This document shows positions 1-8,267 of a stretch of DNA of 64,000 nt, piece by piece. Each line of letters opens with the position of its first letter. The stretch's first letter is position 1. Below the pieces are notes generated by a model. It saw nothing but the letters and a program-made list of their open reading frames with translations. It was not told where the DNA came from and did not search any database. The stretch is from a virus. The position numbers and the translations under genes were made by a program. Location: the IMG/VR virus record IMGVR_UViG_3300045988_176028. One strand, written 5' to 3'.

Positions 1-58
1 CGGGATACTGATGGTCGTATAGCGACTTGGTGTAGGCGTATGAGTATTTTTTGGTCAA
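1..58 (-). CDS. 5' end of an unidentified gene running off the window (TTG start)
   Basis: The box promoter at 83-101 points into it. GAAGGA SD lies 6 nt before TTG (58-56). The frame is open to the window edge (LTKKYSYAYTKSLYDHQYP...). Confidence 0.25.
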   Translation of the reverse strand, partial: MTKKYSYAYTKSLYDHQYP

Positions 59-82
59 CGATTGTCCTTCACTCTTGTATGA

Positions 83-101
83 TGTGAATGTTTCCAGTAT
101 A
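83..101 (-). promoter_or_regulatory. Box promoter copy (TATACTGGAAACATTCACA)
   Basis: Matches the TATACT-N5-nnTTCACA box. Lies directly after the stop of 122-403 and about 25 nt before the SD/TTG of the next minus-strand ORF. Confidence 0.55.
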
Positions 102-121
102 GCAGAGGGAACGGTGAAACG

Positions 122-403
122 TCAGCGGTCAGTGACCTTGACTTTGTTATACGCAAGAATCGACTCGAACAGTCGGAGTGGATTGCGGGAGTCCAGCTTG
201 TACTGATGGTGATTCCTCGCGGTTTCCGTTTCGAGGAATCGTCCGCTCTCGGACGGCTCTTCCACAATCATGGGAACCCAACGCCATTTCTCACGGCCTT
301 TGCTGTTCTCCCAGACGATTTCCCCGTTTTCCAATACCCGCTTGTAGGCGGTCTTGTCGGGGAATGACGAGTCTATTCGTGCGACTAGATTCAATCGGCT
401 CAT
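122..403 (-). CDS. Hypothetical protein (93 aa)
   Basis: Intact ORF. Its ATG overlaps the stop of the upstream small ORF (ATGA coupling). Third gene of the unit driven by the box at 739-759. Confidence 0.6.
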   Translation of the reverse strand: MSRLNLVARIDSSFPDKTAYKRVLENGEIVWENSKGREKWRWVPMIVEEPSESGRFLETETARNHHQYKLDSRNPLRLFESILAYNKVKVTDR

Positions 404-555
404 GGTTTAATTCCTTCTTCTCTCAGTTCTTCATAGTCTTGCGGCGTGAGGAAAAGCCAAGCTCCACAGTAGGGACACTTGACCCTATTGGCATCGACGG
501 TGTTCTTGCAATACCAGCAGGTGACGTACCATCCGTTTACATATCGGTTTTGCAT
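400..555 (-). CDS. Small zinc-ribbon protein (51 aa; CxxC...CxxC)
   Basis: Hand-translated as MQNRYVNGWYVTCWYCKNTVDANRVKCPYCGAWLFLTPQDYEELREEGIKP. Two CxxC pairs. The stop overlaps the next ATG. Below the ORF-track size cutoff. Confidence 0.5.
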   Translation of the reverse strand: MQNRYVNGWYVTCWYCKNTVDANRVKCPYCGAWLFLTPQDYEELREEGIKP

Positions 556-716
556 TGTTGCTCCTTTTTCTTGAAATCAGAAGACAGTGGTCTTCTAATT
601 TTCGCAAAGAAGTCGATGACTTCGATAAGATAGAGGAACATTTCAAGCAGGACAAAGAAAACGAATCCCAGTACGTCAAAAGTCCAGTTTTTCAGTTTTT
701 TGAATATGTTGGACAT
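537..716 (-). CDS. Small membrane protein (59 aa)
   Basis: Internal ATG (MSNIFKKLKNWTFDVLGFVFFVLLEMFLYLI...) lies 37 nt downstream of the box -10. The longer ORF-track start would overlap the promoter box. One hydrophobic helix. Confidence 0.55.
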   Translation of the reverse strand: MSNIFKKLKNWTFDVLGFVFFVLLEMFLYLIEVIDFFAKIRRPLSSDFKKKEQQCKTDM

Positions 717-738
717 TGCTCTCCTTGTCTTAATAGAT

Positions 739-759
739 TGTGTGAACAACCCCAGTATA
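739..759 (-). promoter_or_regulatory. Box promoter copy (TATACTGGGGTTGTTCACACA)
   Basis: Matches the consensus box at 19/21 positions and is oriented into 537-716. Confidence 0.7.
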
Positions 760-832
760 ACCAAAAAAAGCAAGACTGGCAATCACGCCAAAAACCGGAA
801 AACAAACAGGCTAATCGTATCTTCAGGCAACA

Positions 833-1063
833 TCAGCGGATTACTTTCTCGCTCTGATTTGGCACTTCCAACGGCATAGAACCCGAATATCCCAACTGTT
901 CCTCGCAGTGTGCGATGACGGCTTGCAACGCGAACCGTTCCCCTACAAGAAAATTCTCGTCCGAAGCGGTGGGAATCATCTCGTTGATTCGGGCTATCTG
1001 TTCCTTGCACCAGTCTATGGTGTCATGCAGGGTTTTGTCTTTCTGAGTGACGTTCACCGCCAT
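833..1063 (-). CDS. Hypothetical protein (76 aa)
   Basis: ORF with an AAGGAA SD upstream of the ATG. Last gene of the minus-strand unit that starts at the box at 2965-2985. Confidence 0.55.
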   Translation of the reverse strand: MAVNVTQKDKTLHDTIDWCKEQIARINEMIPTASDENFLVGERFALQAVIAHCEEQLGYSGSMPLEVPNQSEKVIR

Positions 1064-1081
1064 CTTGTTTTCCTTTCTTCT

Positions 1082-1128
1082 GTTAACGGGGCTAAAATCG
1101 ACTTTTTGTTGAAAATGACCCCGTTAAC
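1082..1128. promoter_or_regulatory. Inverted repeat GTTAACGGGG-N27-CCCCGTTAAC
   Basis: Perfect 10-bp arms (1082-1091 and 1119-1128) with a 27-nt spacer. Spans the stop of the 37-aa ORF and sits just before the SD of 833-1063. Confidence 0.4.
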
Positions 1129-1237
1129 TTTCATTTTTCTGACGATAGGGGTCAATGTCGGCGTTTTCGACCATGCGTCCGTAGTCTTGACAACGGCACA
1201 TGGATTGGATTTTTCGCATGTACTTTGGGTCTGCCAT
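1124..1237 (-). CDS. Possible small protein (37 aa)
   Basis: Hand-translated as MADPKYMRKIQSMCRCQDYGRMVENADIDPYRQKNES. GAAGGA SD 8 nt upstream. Starts 5 nt after the stop of 1242-1685. Confidence 0.35.
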   Translation of the reverse strand: MADPKYMRKIQSMCRCQDYGRMVENADIDPYRQKNES

Positions 1238-1241
1238 TGAT

Positions 1242-1685
1242 TCAGTCCTTCTTGGACGGGGCTTTCGTCAAGACCGGCTTGACCAGATTCCCTTGAGAAT
1301 CGTACACTCTGACGGTGTTCTTCTCCGAGTCGCCTACCACGGTGATGACCTGCCTCTTACGACCATGATTGGAGTAAGCCACGCACGGGGTGTCTCCGTC
1401 CCGCACGTCACCAACCCCTTTGCATTGTACGGATTCGTACCCGTAGGATGTAGCCAATGCTTCCTCGAAGGTCGGGTGCTGGGTCTTCTCCGCTCCCAGC
1501 GTCATAATCAACGCCACTACACTGATAATGCATCCTACTTCTAACAGTCCGCCTACGATTTTCTTAATCTTTTTATCGTTAAATAAAAAGATAATTCCGG
1601 AAATGAAGGTCACTGTTATAACCAAGGTAAGAAACGCCGCAAAAAGAGCGAAAGGGTCTTGACTCCACTCGTTGAAATCTACCAT
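1242..1685 (-). CDS. Membrane protein (147 aa, 2 predicted TM helices)
   Basis: Two long hydrophobic stretches (FALFAAFLTLVITVTFISGIIFLF and LLEVGCIISVVALIMTLGA), then a soluble C-terminal domain. Confidence 0.65.
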   Translation of the reverse strand: MVDFNEWSQDPFALFAAFLTLVITVTFISGIIFLFNDKKIKKIVGGLLEVGCIISVVALIMTLGAEKTQHPTFEEALATSYGYESVQCKGVGDVRDGDTPCVAYSNHGRKRQVITVVGDSEKNTVRVYDSQGNLVKPVLTKAPSKKD

Positions 1686-1691
1686 GTTTTA

Positions 1692-2072
1692 CTACTCCTT
1701 CTGATTTTGGTTTTGTTGAGGTGGAACCACTTCCAATCGGAAGGTTCTCTTGACGTTTGCCTTAATCTTGTATCTGCCGTTCTTGTCGGTGACGCTTCTG
1801 GCGGGATTGCCGACACTATCTTTGTAGGGAGTGCCATCGTCATGGACGACCGTGACCGTCACGTTGGGAACGGGATTGCCCTGCCAGTCGGTGACGGTGG
1901 CCTCTAAGGTGATTGACCGTCCCCAGATTTCGGTTTTCAACCGATTGAGTCCATTTGTCAATGGTGGTGCGACGATTAGTCCGATAACGCTTAATGCCAC
2001 GACCAGTTGAGCTAGGCTCAAAACCAGTCGTGTCCAGAGTAGGATACCGTCGGTTCTATCATTTTCGTTCAC
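1692..2072 (-). CDS. Membrane-anchored protein with carboxypeptidase-regulatory/Cna-B-like beta-sandwich
   Basis: N-terminal TM helix. The C-terminal part has the motif VTDWQGNPVPNVTVTVV...TDKNGRYKI typical of that fold. Confidence 0.55.
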   Translation of the reverse strand: MNENDRTDGILLWTRLVLSLAQLVVALSVIGLIVAPPLTNGLNRLKTEIWGRSITLEATVTDWQGNPVPNVTVTVVHDDGTPYKDSVGNPARSVTDKNGRYKIKANVKRTFRLEVVPPQQNQNQKE

Positions 2073-2557
2073 TTCCGGCCTGTCCTGCTCAACTCGAAAC
2101 CGTCGAGATACAACTGGAACAGGCTCACATATTGGCCGTCTTCTATATCATCCTCCGGTTTTGCGTACAGTTGAGTGTTCAGAACCGCGACCGGCAGACC
2201 GGTATGCTCCTCCTGTTCGATGTGGAAGGGTATTTCCTCCTGACCGTGAGCGTTCTCGCGGACTGCCACACCGTAATCACCCACCTGTGGTTGGGTGGAT
2301 GAACTGCTATCGTCAATATCCTCATAGGTGAGATAGAACGGCAGAAGCAGTGGATTGGGAACATTCTTCAACGGGATAAATTCTATACCGGCCTGTTGGG
2401 AGTGCTGTTGGCAGACGCCACTGTAACTGTCCCCTTCACCGTAATCCGGCCAGTGGCGGATTGCCACGATGGGTTTACTGCACGGGTATATTTGACCGTC
2501 CGAGTCAACCATGGTTTGGGCGCAACCTACGTCAATGAGTTCCTTAAGATTCAACAT
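2069..2557 (-). CDS. Hypothetical protein (162 aa)
   Basis: Start moved to the internal ATG (MLNLKELIDVG...), which overlaps the stop of 2551-2934 by 7 nt. The Arg-rich upstream extension in the ORF track overlaps that gene in another frame. Confidence 0.6.
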   Translation of the reverse strand: MLNLKELIDVGCAQTMVDSDGQIYPCSKPIVAIRHWPDYGEGDSYSGVCQQHSQQAGIEFIPLKNVPNPLLLPFYLTYEDIDDSSSSTQPQVGDYGVAVRENAHGQEEIPFHIEQEEHTGLPVAVLNTQLYAKPEDDIEDGQYVSLFQLYLDGFELSRTGRK

Positions 2558-2934
2558 GATTCGTCTTCTTCCAAGAGTTTTTCGCAGATGTGAATTATGT
2601 CGCCGTAGGAATTGTGGCCTCCTTGTTCGTCGGGTGACGGTGACTCGTCTGGGGAGGTGAGGTTCCGTATCATACGGTTGTAGCGGAGTTCTTTTTTCTT
2701 CTTGTTCGCATAGTCGATGATTTCCATGAGTGCGGCTGTCCGACTGTCTGTGGTCGGTTGGACTCCATACTGTTTGACGCGGGCGATGGTGAATTCGTAG
2801 GCTGTGGTGAGGCCGTCGTAGAAAGTGTATTTTTCCAGCAGTTCCCCGTCCGGGGTTTCGGAATCTTTGACGGCTTTGTCCCATTGTTGTTCCAACCATG
2901 ATATGAGGTCGGTTTCTGGTTCTGACTGACTCAT
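2551..2934 (-). CDS. Hypothetical acidic protein (127 aa)
   Basis: Intact ORF. SD AAAGGAAC precedes the ATG. First gene after the box at 2965-2985. Confidence 0.65.
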   Translation of the reverse strand: MSQSEPETDLISWLEQQWDKAVKDSETPDGELLEKYTFYDGLTTAYEFTIARVKQYGVQPTTDSRTAALMEIIDYANKKKKELRYNRMIRNLTSPDESPSPDEQGGHNSYGDIIHICEKLLEEDESC

Positions 2935-2964
2935 GTAGTGGTTCCTTTTTATGCGAATGCTTTA

Positions 2965-2985
2965 TGTGTGGACATCCCCACTATA
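2965..2985 (-). promoter_or_regulatory. Box promoter variant (TATAGTGGGGATGTCCACACA)
   Basis: TATAGT-N5-TGTCCACACA lies 31 nt upstream of the ATG at 2934. Confidence 0.55.
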
Positions 2986-3009
2986 CCACAATCAGTTGAG
3001 TGACCCTAA

Positions 3010-3363
3010 TCAGATGATATCATCCAAAGACTCGAACACGTCCTCCAAAAACTCCAATTCCAGTTTCTTCTCCGAAGCGTCTCGACCATTCTTCTCGTCG
3101 GCACGAATCACAGACTCCAACACCTGACGTTTCAAATTCAAACGGTCGTAGACGGCCTCACCCAACTGTCGGCGCGAATCGACGGGATACCTTCTGTTCA
3201 GAACATCCCTCACCTGTTCCGACACGTCATCATCCGGCAAGCCGATGAACACTCCCCCACGGTCGTTGAACTGGAAGGATGGGAGCGGGTCGTATTCACT
3301 GTCCCGCGAGAAAACCAGACCGTATTCGTCGTTACCGTTATCCTCGAAATCGACGTTCAACAT
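3010..3363 (-). CDS. Hypothetical acidic protein (117 aa)
   Basis: Start set at the internal ATG (MLNVDFEDNG...). The longer form would overlap 3386-3571. Confidence 0.6.
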   Translation of the reverse strand: MLNVDFEDNGNDEYGLVFSRDSEYDPLPSFQFNDRGGVFIGLPDDDVSEQVRDVLNRRYPVDSRRQLGEAVYDRLNLKRQVLESVIRADEKNGRDASEKKLELEFLEDVFESLDDII

Positions 3364-3385
3364 TATCTTGTGCTTCTTTTGTTTT

Positions 3386-3571
3386 TCAGTCCGTGTTGCT
3401 GTCGGAAATGTAATACACCGTCTCATTGTCGGTCATTTTGCGGCCTTCTATGAGATAACTCGCGCCGCAAGCGCAGTTAACATGTCCCACCACATCGGAA
3501 GTCCAGTGTATGTCCAGAACATTCAATATCTTGCCGCACTTGGAACAATGCCATTCACCCGCCATCCTCAT
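3386..3571 (-). CDS. Small Cys-rich (zinc-finger-like) protein (61 aa)
   Basis: HCSKCGK...NCACG cysteine pairs. Follows the stop of 3577-4203 closely. Confidence 0.5.
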   Translation of the reverse strand: MRMAGEWHCSKCGKILNVLDIHWTSDVVGHVNCACGASYLIEGRKMTDNETVYYISDSNTD

Positions 3572-3576
3572 TCTCC

Positions 3577-4203
3577 TTATCTCCTAAAGTCGCTAGGTAG
3601 AGCCAAGTTCTTGACTCTGCTTGTATATCCGACTGCCGCGCGTCCTTCGTCGGTCAGCTCGTCATACAAATCGTCCATCCAGTATTTGCGTTTCAGCAAT
3701 CCCATTCCTTGCAGACGCTTGCTCAATTCCTCCGGTTGAACAATCATGAGAGGACGATGATGGGAAAGCGTGTTGAAGTCCTCCTCACTCAACAGCATGG
3801 GCACATCGTCGTTTTGGATGGCGTCACGAAGTTTTTCGGCCTGACTTGAATATCCATCAGCCCTTTTGACCAGATTGTCCGGCATGGGAGTATCATCCCC
3901 GCTAAGCTTCTTCCAACCGTCGCGCACGTCCTCGGCTTTCCGCTCGTACTGGTTGGCAAGACGGCGTATCAGTTCGTGGCGGAACTCTTTGTAGAAAACA
4001 GTCTCAAAAACATTATCTTTCTCGCCAGCCCAAATGGTGAAACGGAACCCTTTCTTATCGTATTCGAGTCCTCCGCCGAACTCTCCGAAGTGGAATTCCG
4101 GCATTCCATCATCTCGCTCGTCCAATACGGCTTCGACACCCATCGAATTCAGTTCGTGTTCCAAATCGCGCAGGTCGGATAGCAGTTGTTCAAGGTCAAG
4201 CAT
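3577..4203 (-). CDS. Hypothetical protein (208 aa)
   Basis: Long intact ORF with consistent minus-strand coding context. No motif recognised. Confidence 0.65.
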   Translation of the reverse strand: MLDLEQLLSDLRDLEHELNSMGVEAVLDERDDGMPEFHFGEFGGGLEYDKKGFRFTIWAGEKDNVFETVFYKEFRHELIRRLANQYERKAEDVRDGWKKLSGDDTPMPDNLVKRADGYSSQAEKLRDAIQNDDVPMLLSEEDFNTLSHHRPLMIVQPEELSKRLQGMGLLKRKYWMDDLYDELTDEGRAAVGYTSRVKNLALPSDFRR

Positions 4204-4268
4204 GGTTCACCACTTCCTTGCGTAGGATTCCATGATGTCCGCGTCGAATTGGGTCGATGAGCTTAATA

Positions 4269-4490
4269 TCATCCGTTACCATAGATTTTTCCTCCCTCGT
4301 CTTTGATGCCTTTTTCGACCAGACTGACAATCGCATACAGGTCGATGCTGCCGTGTTCGCCCACATGGACGATGCCGGTGTCCTTATCGACCGTTGCCGT
4401 CTCGTATAGTCCGTCGCTGAGCCAGCCGCGTTCATTGTTAGCGTCTTCACAGAGCAGTTCCACCGCTCGTTTGTTCGGAAAATATTCCAT
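4269..4490 (-). CDS. Hypothetical protein (73 aa)
   Basis: Intact ORF starting 10 nt after the stop of 4500-5054. Confidence 0.55.
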   Translation of the reverse strand: MEYFPNKRAVELLCEDANNERGWLSDGLYETATVDKDTGIVHVGEHGSIDLYAIVSLVEKGIKDEGGKIYGNG

Positions 4491-4499
4491 CTCAACCCC

Positions 4500-5054
4500 T
4501 TAGTCCTTGTCCAGTTGCCACACGTCGGCCAGCATGTGCAATGCGGTCTGACGGCGCGTCTCATACGGACTGCCAAGCTTCTCACACAGCAGCCATCCTT
4601 TGAACACGGACACCGGGTCGCGTTCGGGGTATTTGTTGAAGTACTCGCAAACATGCATGTACCGTTCGGCCATATCATCGGTGTCCTTCGCCATCTGTTC
4701 GTCGCCAATCGTGTTCCGCCACCATTCAGCGGTCTTGTCGAACTGGTCTTTCAGCCACATGAGCCGGTCGGTGCGCGGCATGGGCGCGGCCAGCAGACGG
4801 GCCAGTTCTGCCAATGCCTGTTCCTCACCCATGTCGGACGTATTGAGGACGGTGTTATCCTCGGCTAGCTCGTACTGCGTGCGGACGATGCGGATAGTGT
4901 CGCGGTCGGGAAGGTTGACGGTAATCTCGTATCGTGCTTGGGGGTCGTACGCGGTGATGCGTCCGAATTGGCGGTCGTTGACCACATGCCAGTCCGGCAG
5001 TGTGTGTGCAACGGTGTTGAGGCCGTTACGTGTTTTCATTTTTGTCAGTTCCAT
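4500..5054 (-). CDS. Hypothetical protein (184 aa)
   Basis: Intact ORF. Its start overlaps the end of 5045-5389 by 10 nt. Confidence 0.65.
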   Translation of the reverse strand: MELTKMKTRNGLNTVAHTLPDWHVVNDRQFGRITAYDPQARYEITVNLPDRDTIRIVRTQYELAEDNTVLNTSDMGEEQALAELARLLAAPMPRTDRLMWLKDQFDKTAEWWRNTIGDEQMAKDTDDMAERYMHVCEYFNKYPERDPVSVFKGWLLCEKLGSPYETRRQTALHMLADVWQLDKD

Positions 5055-5389
5055 TCCTTCGGGGCGACGACAATCCAGCCGTTTGACAGCGGGTATACTT
5101 CGCAGGGTTCGTCCGAGTCCAAATCGTCGTCCAACGGGTTCCAGTCTTCGAGACCGTCGTGGGCGATTTCGTCGTTGAGTGCCCCGCTGTGGATGCGTTC
5201 GGTTTCGACGTGGACATCCTCTGAGGGGAGGAATAGGAACGAGAATGGTTCGAGCATTGGTTCGAAAAGATACGGCAGTCCGTCCTTGGCTCCCCAGTTG
5301 GCGACCATGTTCATGTGTCGTCCGTCATCCGTTTCCACGAGGATTATTCCCGATTCCTGTCCAGTGAGGTCGTGCAGGTTGATGGTCAT
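5045..5389 (-). CDS. Hypothetical acidic protein (114 aa)
   Basis: Start set at MTINLHDL with an AGGAGA SD. The ORF-track start would run through the box at 5415-5435. Confidence 0.6.
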   Translation of the reverse strand: MTINLHDLTGQESGIILVETDDGRHMNMVANWGAKDGLPYLFEPMLEPFSFLFLPSEDVHVETERIHSGALNDEIAHDGLEDWNPLDDDLDSDEPCEVYPLSNGWIVVAPKEWN

Positions 5390-5414
5390 GTTTTTCTCCT
5401 TGGATTTAACTTTT

Positions 5415-5435
5415 TGTGCGAACAACTCCAGTATA
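5415..5435 (-). promoter_or_regulatory. Box promoter copy (TATACTGGAGTTGTTCGCACA)
   Basis: 19/21 match to consensus. The -10 lies 40 nt before the ATG at 5389. Confidence 0.7.
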
Positions 5436-5552
5436 ACCCACAAAAACAGGATTGTCAAACGGAAAGACAAGCAAGGTTCCCCACCCTAGAAAATGACGAA
5501 AACAAAAAAGGGAACTTGTACGTTTCCTGTACAAGTTCCCTCAATTAGGAAA

Positions 5553-6128
5553 TCAATCCCAGTTGCACATGAAGTAGCCATTGGGGTCGATACCATCGAC
5601 AAGATGGGCAGTGGCGCAATCATTCACGGTGAACATAGGGCGGGGCTTCACGTCATAATCACCCCTGATGCGTTTGTTTTTCAACTCCTCCCCCACGAAG
5701 CAGTTCTTGACGGGAACCACACGCCCACCCTGCGGGGAGCAGGTGGCACCATCCACGACCTTGTAGGCGAGCTTGCGGACGTTGACGCTTTTGCCGGTCT
5801 TGCTGACCTTGGTTACTTGATAGAAGTCCACGAGGGTCATGCTGTAACCCCAAGAGCTGACAAAGATGTCCCCCACATGCACTTCCACGTCGGTGGTGGA
5901 GGTCTGTGGCTTGCGGCGTTCCTCTTCGGTGCCGTTGATGCGGAAGTTCTCACGAGTGAGCCAAGGGTAGGTCTTGATGGCCTTGTCGATGAAGTTCTCG
6001 ACGCCCTTCATGGTTCGCCAGTGCTTGCGTCCGCTGAGGTAATTGCGGCTAGTGATGTTGAGGAAGTCGTTGGTGACGTCCACCCAACGATTGGTGTGTT
6101 TGCTGATTTGGACTTCAAGGCTGAGCAT
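5553..6128 (-). CDS. Hypothetical protein, MLSLE-family paralog A (191 aa)
   Basis: Start at MLSLEVQ with an AAGGAGA SD. Alignable by eye with 7621-8148 (MLSLE..., W(R/K)TM(K/R)G(V/L)ENF, VGD...S..GY.M.L...Y.V.KVS..GK.V). Confidence 0.65.
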   Translation of the reverse strand: MLSLEVQISKHTNRWVDVTNDFLNITSRNYLSGRKHWRTMKGVENFIDKAIKTYPWLTRENFRINGTEEERRKPQTSTTDVEVHVGDIFVSSWGYSMTLVDFYQVTKVSKTGKSVNVRKLAYKVVDGATCSPQGGRVVPVKNCFVGEELKNKRIRGDYDVKPRPMFTVNDCATAHLVDGIDPNGYFMCNWD

Positions 6129-6168
6129 TTTTGTCTCCTTTATGTGTGGTGGGTTTTCAACCCCTGTT

Positions 6169-6189
6169 TGTGTGAACAATTCCAGTATA
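6169..6189 (-). promoter_or_regulatory. Box promoter, consensus copy (TATACTGGAATTGTTCACACA)
   Basis: Identical 21-mer to the copies at 6619, 7331 and 8181. Lies 55 nt before the ATG at 6128. Confidence 0.75.
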
Positions 6190-6268
6190 AGCTATGTTTA
6201 AACAAAAGTCAACCCAGAAAAACAGGGGCACAGTTCACCCAAGCAGACCATGACCCAGAGCCTAAAAC

Positions 6269-6580
6269 TCACCGACCAGCCAAGGCGATGGAACGAACCA
6301 TGGAGTCCAGACTTTCGCCTCCCAACGATTTGGTCACATAGTAGCTGTCGTTGTCGAGGTCAAGCCAATAGACGACCTCGTTCTTGTCCTTATGGTACTC
6401 AGAGAAGATATAGCGTTCATCCGGCTCGCTTTTTGGAGACGATTCCTTATGCTCGTCGTAGACGTGCTTCCAGTGCTCTTTCGTCAGCTTATTATGTCGA
6501 ATACACAGCAGAGCGGTGTCATCATCGCTCCAGAATTCCAGTTCGACATCAAACGGCTGGATGGTGTCGCTGATATTCAT
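6269..6580 (-). CDS. Hypothetical protein (103 aa)
   Basis: Start at MNISDTIQPF with an AAGGAGA SD. The upstream ORF-track extension crosses the box. Confidence 0.6.
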   Translation of the reverse strand: MNISDTIQPFDVELEFWSDDDTALLCIRHNKLTKEHWKHVYDEHKESSPKSEPDERYIFSEYHKDKNEVVYWLDLDNDSYYVTKSLGGESLDSMVRSIALAGR

Positions 6581-6618
6581 AGGGGTTCTCCTTTTTTGCT
6601 TGGCTTGTTCGGCCTTTT

Positions 6619-6639
6619 TGTGTGAACAATTCCAGTATA
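6619..6639 (-). promoter_or_regulatory. Box promoter, consensus copy
   Basis: Identical 21-mer, 53 nt before the ATG at 6580. Confidence 0.75.
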
Positions 6640-6706
6640 CCACATGATTGGATGAAAAACAAAGGCGACCAGTCCTAAAAGACCGTCACCCTAAAAAGCC
6701 TCTCAA

Positions 6707-7288
6707 TCAGTCATGAAAATCGACAAACCAGACACGAGCGGAAGAATCATTCCCCAGCCTCTCAAACAGAGCATCCCTTGACACGGGGAACCACACCCCA
6801 CCTTCGTAACCGTCATTGTCGCAGACAACGCTCACATTGCAGTCCAACAGCTCTCTGACCTCGGAATCACCGTCGCTGTAACGTTCTTTGAGTTCGCCGC
6901 AGGTGATTCCCTGAAGCCCGCCTACCATTTCCTCCCAACGACCGCCGAACTCATACCAGTCGTAGAACGAATCGTCGTTGAAAGTAGATACCACATCGCC
7001 GTCTTCGTTCAGACTGTACCCACAGTATTCGGCATAGGCTTCGAGCGCTTCTTCATCATTCAATGCCAGTCGGCGTTCCGCTTTCCCGAAGGCTTCGCTC
7101 GTTCTGTCGTGCTGGTTTTCGCCCTCGCGTTCAATTAGACGCCTGTCGTTCTCTCGATTGTCCTTCAGGAATTCGTCCCGCGTGTAGAGGACGTATTCCT
7201 CGACTTCCTCGTATTCGCTGTATGGGTCGATGATGGCTTCGGCTTCGCTGGTGTTGTTGCCTCCGATGACTGCGCCTAGGAAGTGCAT
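6707..7288 (-). CDS. Hypothetical acidic protein (193 aa; YDWYEFGGRW motif)
   Basis: Start at MHFLGAVIGG with an AAGGAGA SD. The ORF-track extension crosses the box at 7331-7351. Confidence 0.65.
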   Translation of the reverse strand: MHFLGAVIGGNNTSEAEAIIDPYSEYEEVEEYVLYTRDEFLKDNRENDRRLIEREGENQHDRTSEAFGKAERRLALNDEEALEAYAEYCGYSLNEDGDVVSTFNDDSFYDWYEFGGRWEEMVGGLQGITCGELKERYSDGDSEVRELLDCNVSVVCDNDGYEGGVWFPVSRDALFERLGNDSSARVWFVDFHD

Positions 7289-7330
7289 TTTTTCTCCTTG
7301 TTTTTTGGTGGGGTCGTCAAACCTTTTGTT

Positions 7331-7351
7331 TGTGTGAACAATTCCAGTATA
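7331..7351 (-). promoter_or_regulatory. Box promoter, consensus copy
   Basis: Identical 21-mer, 57 nt before the ATG at 7288. Confidence 0.75.
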
Positions 7352-7620
7352 CATCATAGAAAAGGAAAACGCGCCAGCATAACAAAAGAGATAGAAAGGC
7401 ATGATTGCCGCCATTGTTAAAAGCCGTCGGGAACGGTTTCCATGCTTTCGGGAAAAACGTTTGTGTTTCCGTTCGTTCTGACGTGGTTGCCACGGTATCG
7501 TGGTTCAGAAAAAATGTATGGTAGCACCCAAAAAGACAAGGTTTTCAGATAGCTTTCCCCAAAACAACAAAAAAGCCGGAAGCTTGAGGTTTTTTCCTTT
7601 GGTTTCCGGCTTTTTCTGTT

Positions 7621-8148
7621 TTAGTCGTTGTGGTCTTCCATTGACCCGTAGACTGCTTCTTTCATATCCATTGGGTGCGCGTATTCGTAGGTGCTGATTT
7701 TCACGTAGGGTTCGCCGTCATTGTCTACGAGGACGCGATGGCTGTCAGGTTTGCCCGCGAACCGGTTTTCGCTGGTCACGTCGGGGTAGACGGTGCATCC
7801 GGCGATGTCGTTGGGGCTTCCATCATAATTCTTGCGGAGTGGGCGGATTTGCACGGTCTTGCCACTGGGGCTGACCTTGACCACTTCGTAGTAGCTGTTG
7901 AGAATCATGTCGTAGCCGTAGACGGAGTGGAGCACGTCTCCCACTTTGAGGGTTCCCACCGCCTTGGTGTTGTCCTTGCGGGATTCTTCGCCTTTGATTT
8001 TGAAGTCTTCGAGCGTGTAACCGTTATAATCCATGACTTTTTGGCGGAAGTTTTCAAGCCCACGCATGGTCTTCCAAGTACGACGGTAGGTGCCTTGGTA
8101 GGTGCGTTCGCCTTGGCTGTTCTTAGTCCAAAGTTCAAGGCTGAGCAT
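7621..8148 (-). CDS. Hypothetical protein, MLSLE-family paralog B (175 aa)
   Basis: Paralog of 5553-6128. AAGGAGA SD and its own box promoter. Confidence 0.65.
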   Translation of the reverse strand: MLSLELWTKNSQGERTYQGTYRRTWKTMRGLENFRQKVMDYNGYTLEDFKIKGEESRKDNTKAVGTLKVGDVLHSVYGYDMILNSYYEVVKVSPSGKTVQIRPLRKNYDGSPNDIAGCTVYPDVTSENRFAGKPDSHRVLVDNDGEPYVKISTYEYAHPMDMKEAVYGSMEDHND

Positions 8149-8180
8149 TTTGGTTCTCCTTTTTGTTTGCAGTCTTCGCT

Positions 8181-8201
8181 TGTGTGAACAATTCCAGTAT
8201 A
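8181..8201 (-). promoter_or_regulatory. Box promoter, consensus copy
   Basis: Identical 21-mer, 47 nt before the ATG at 8148. Confidence 0.75.
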
Positions 8202-8267
8202 CCTCATGCGAGAACAGCCAAAAAACGGTGAGTCGGAACTTTTCAATTATGATTCAGCCACAAGGGT

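Noticed and set aside
2069-2899. 276-aa reading of this ORF, and similar N-terminal extensions at 3010-3426, 5045-5470, 5553-6179, 6269-6643, 6707-7414, 55328-55939, 56061-56612 and 58124-58357.
   Set aside because: The extensions either overlap the upstream gene in another frame or run through the box promoter. Internal ATGs with AAGGAG-type SDs give compact, non-overlapping genes.
4196-4708. 170-aa minus-strand ORF overlapping 4269-4490 and 4500-5054, and a possible 28-aa coupled ORF at 4196-4282.
   Set aside because: The long ORF is an Arg/Cys/Trp-rich alternative frame of two better genes. The 28-aa tail (MVTDDIKLIDPIRRGHHGILRKEVVNHA) overlaps the next ATG in a coupled fashion but is too short to support without expression data.
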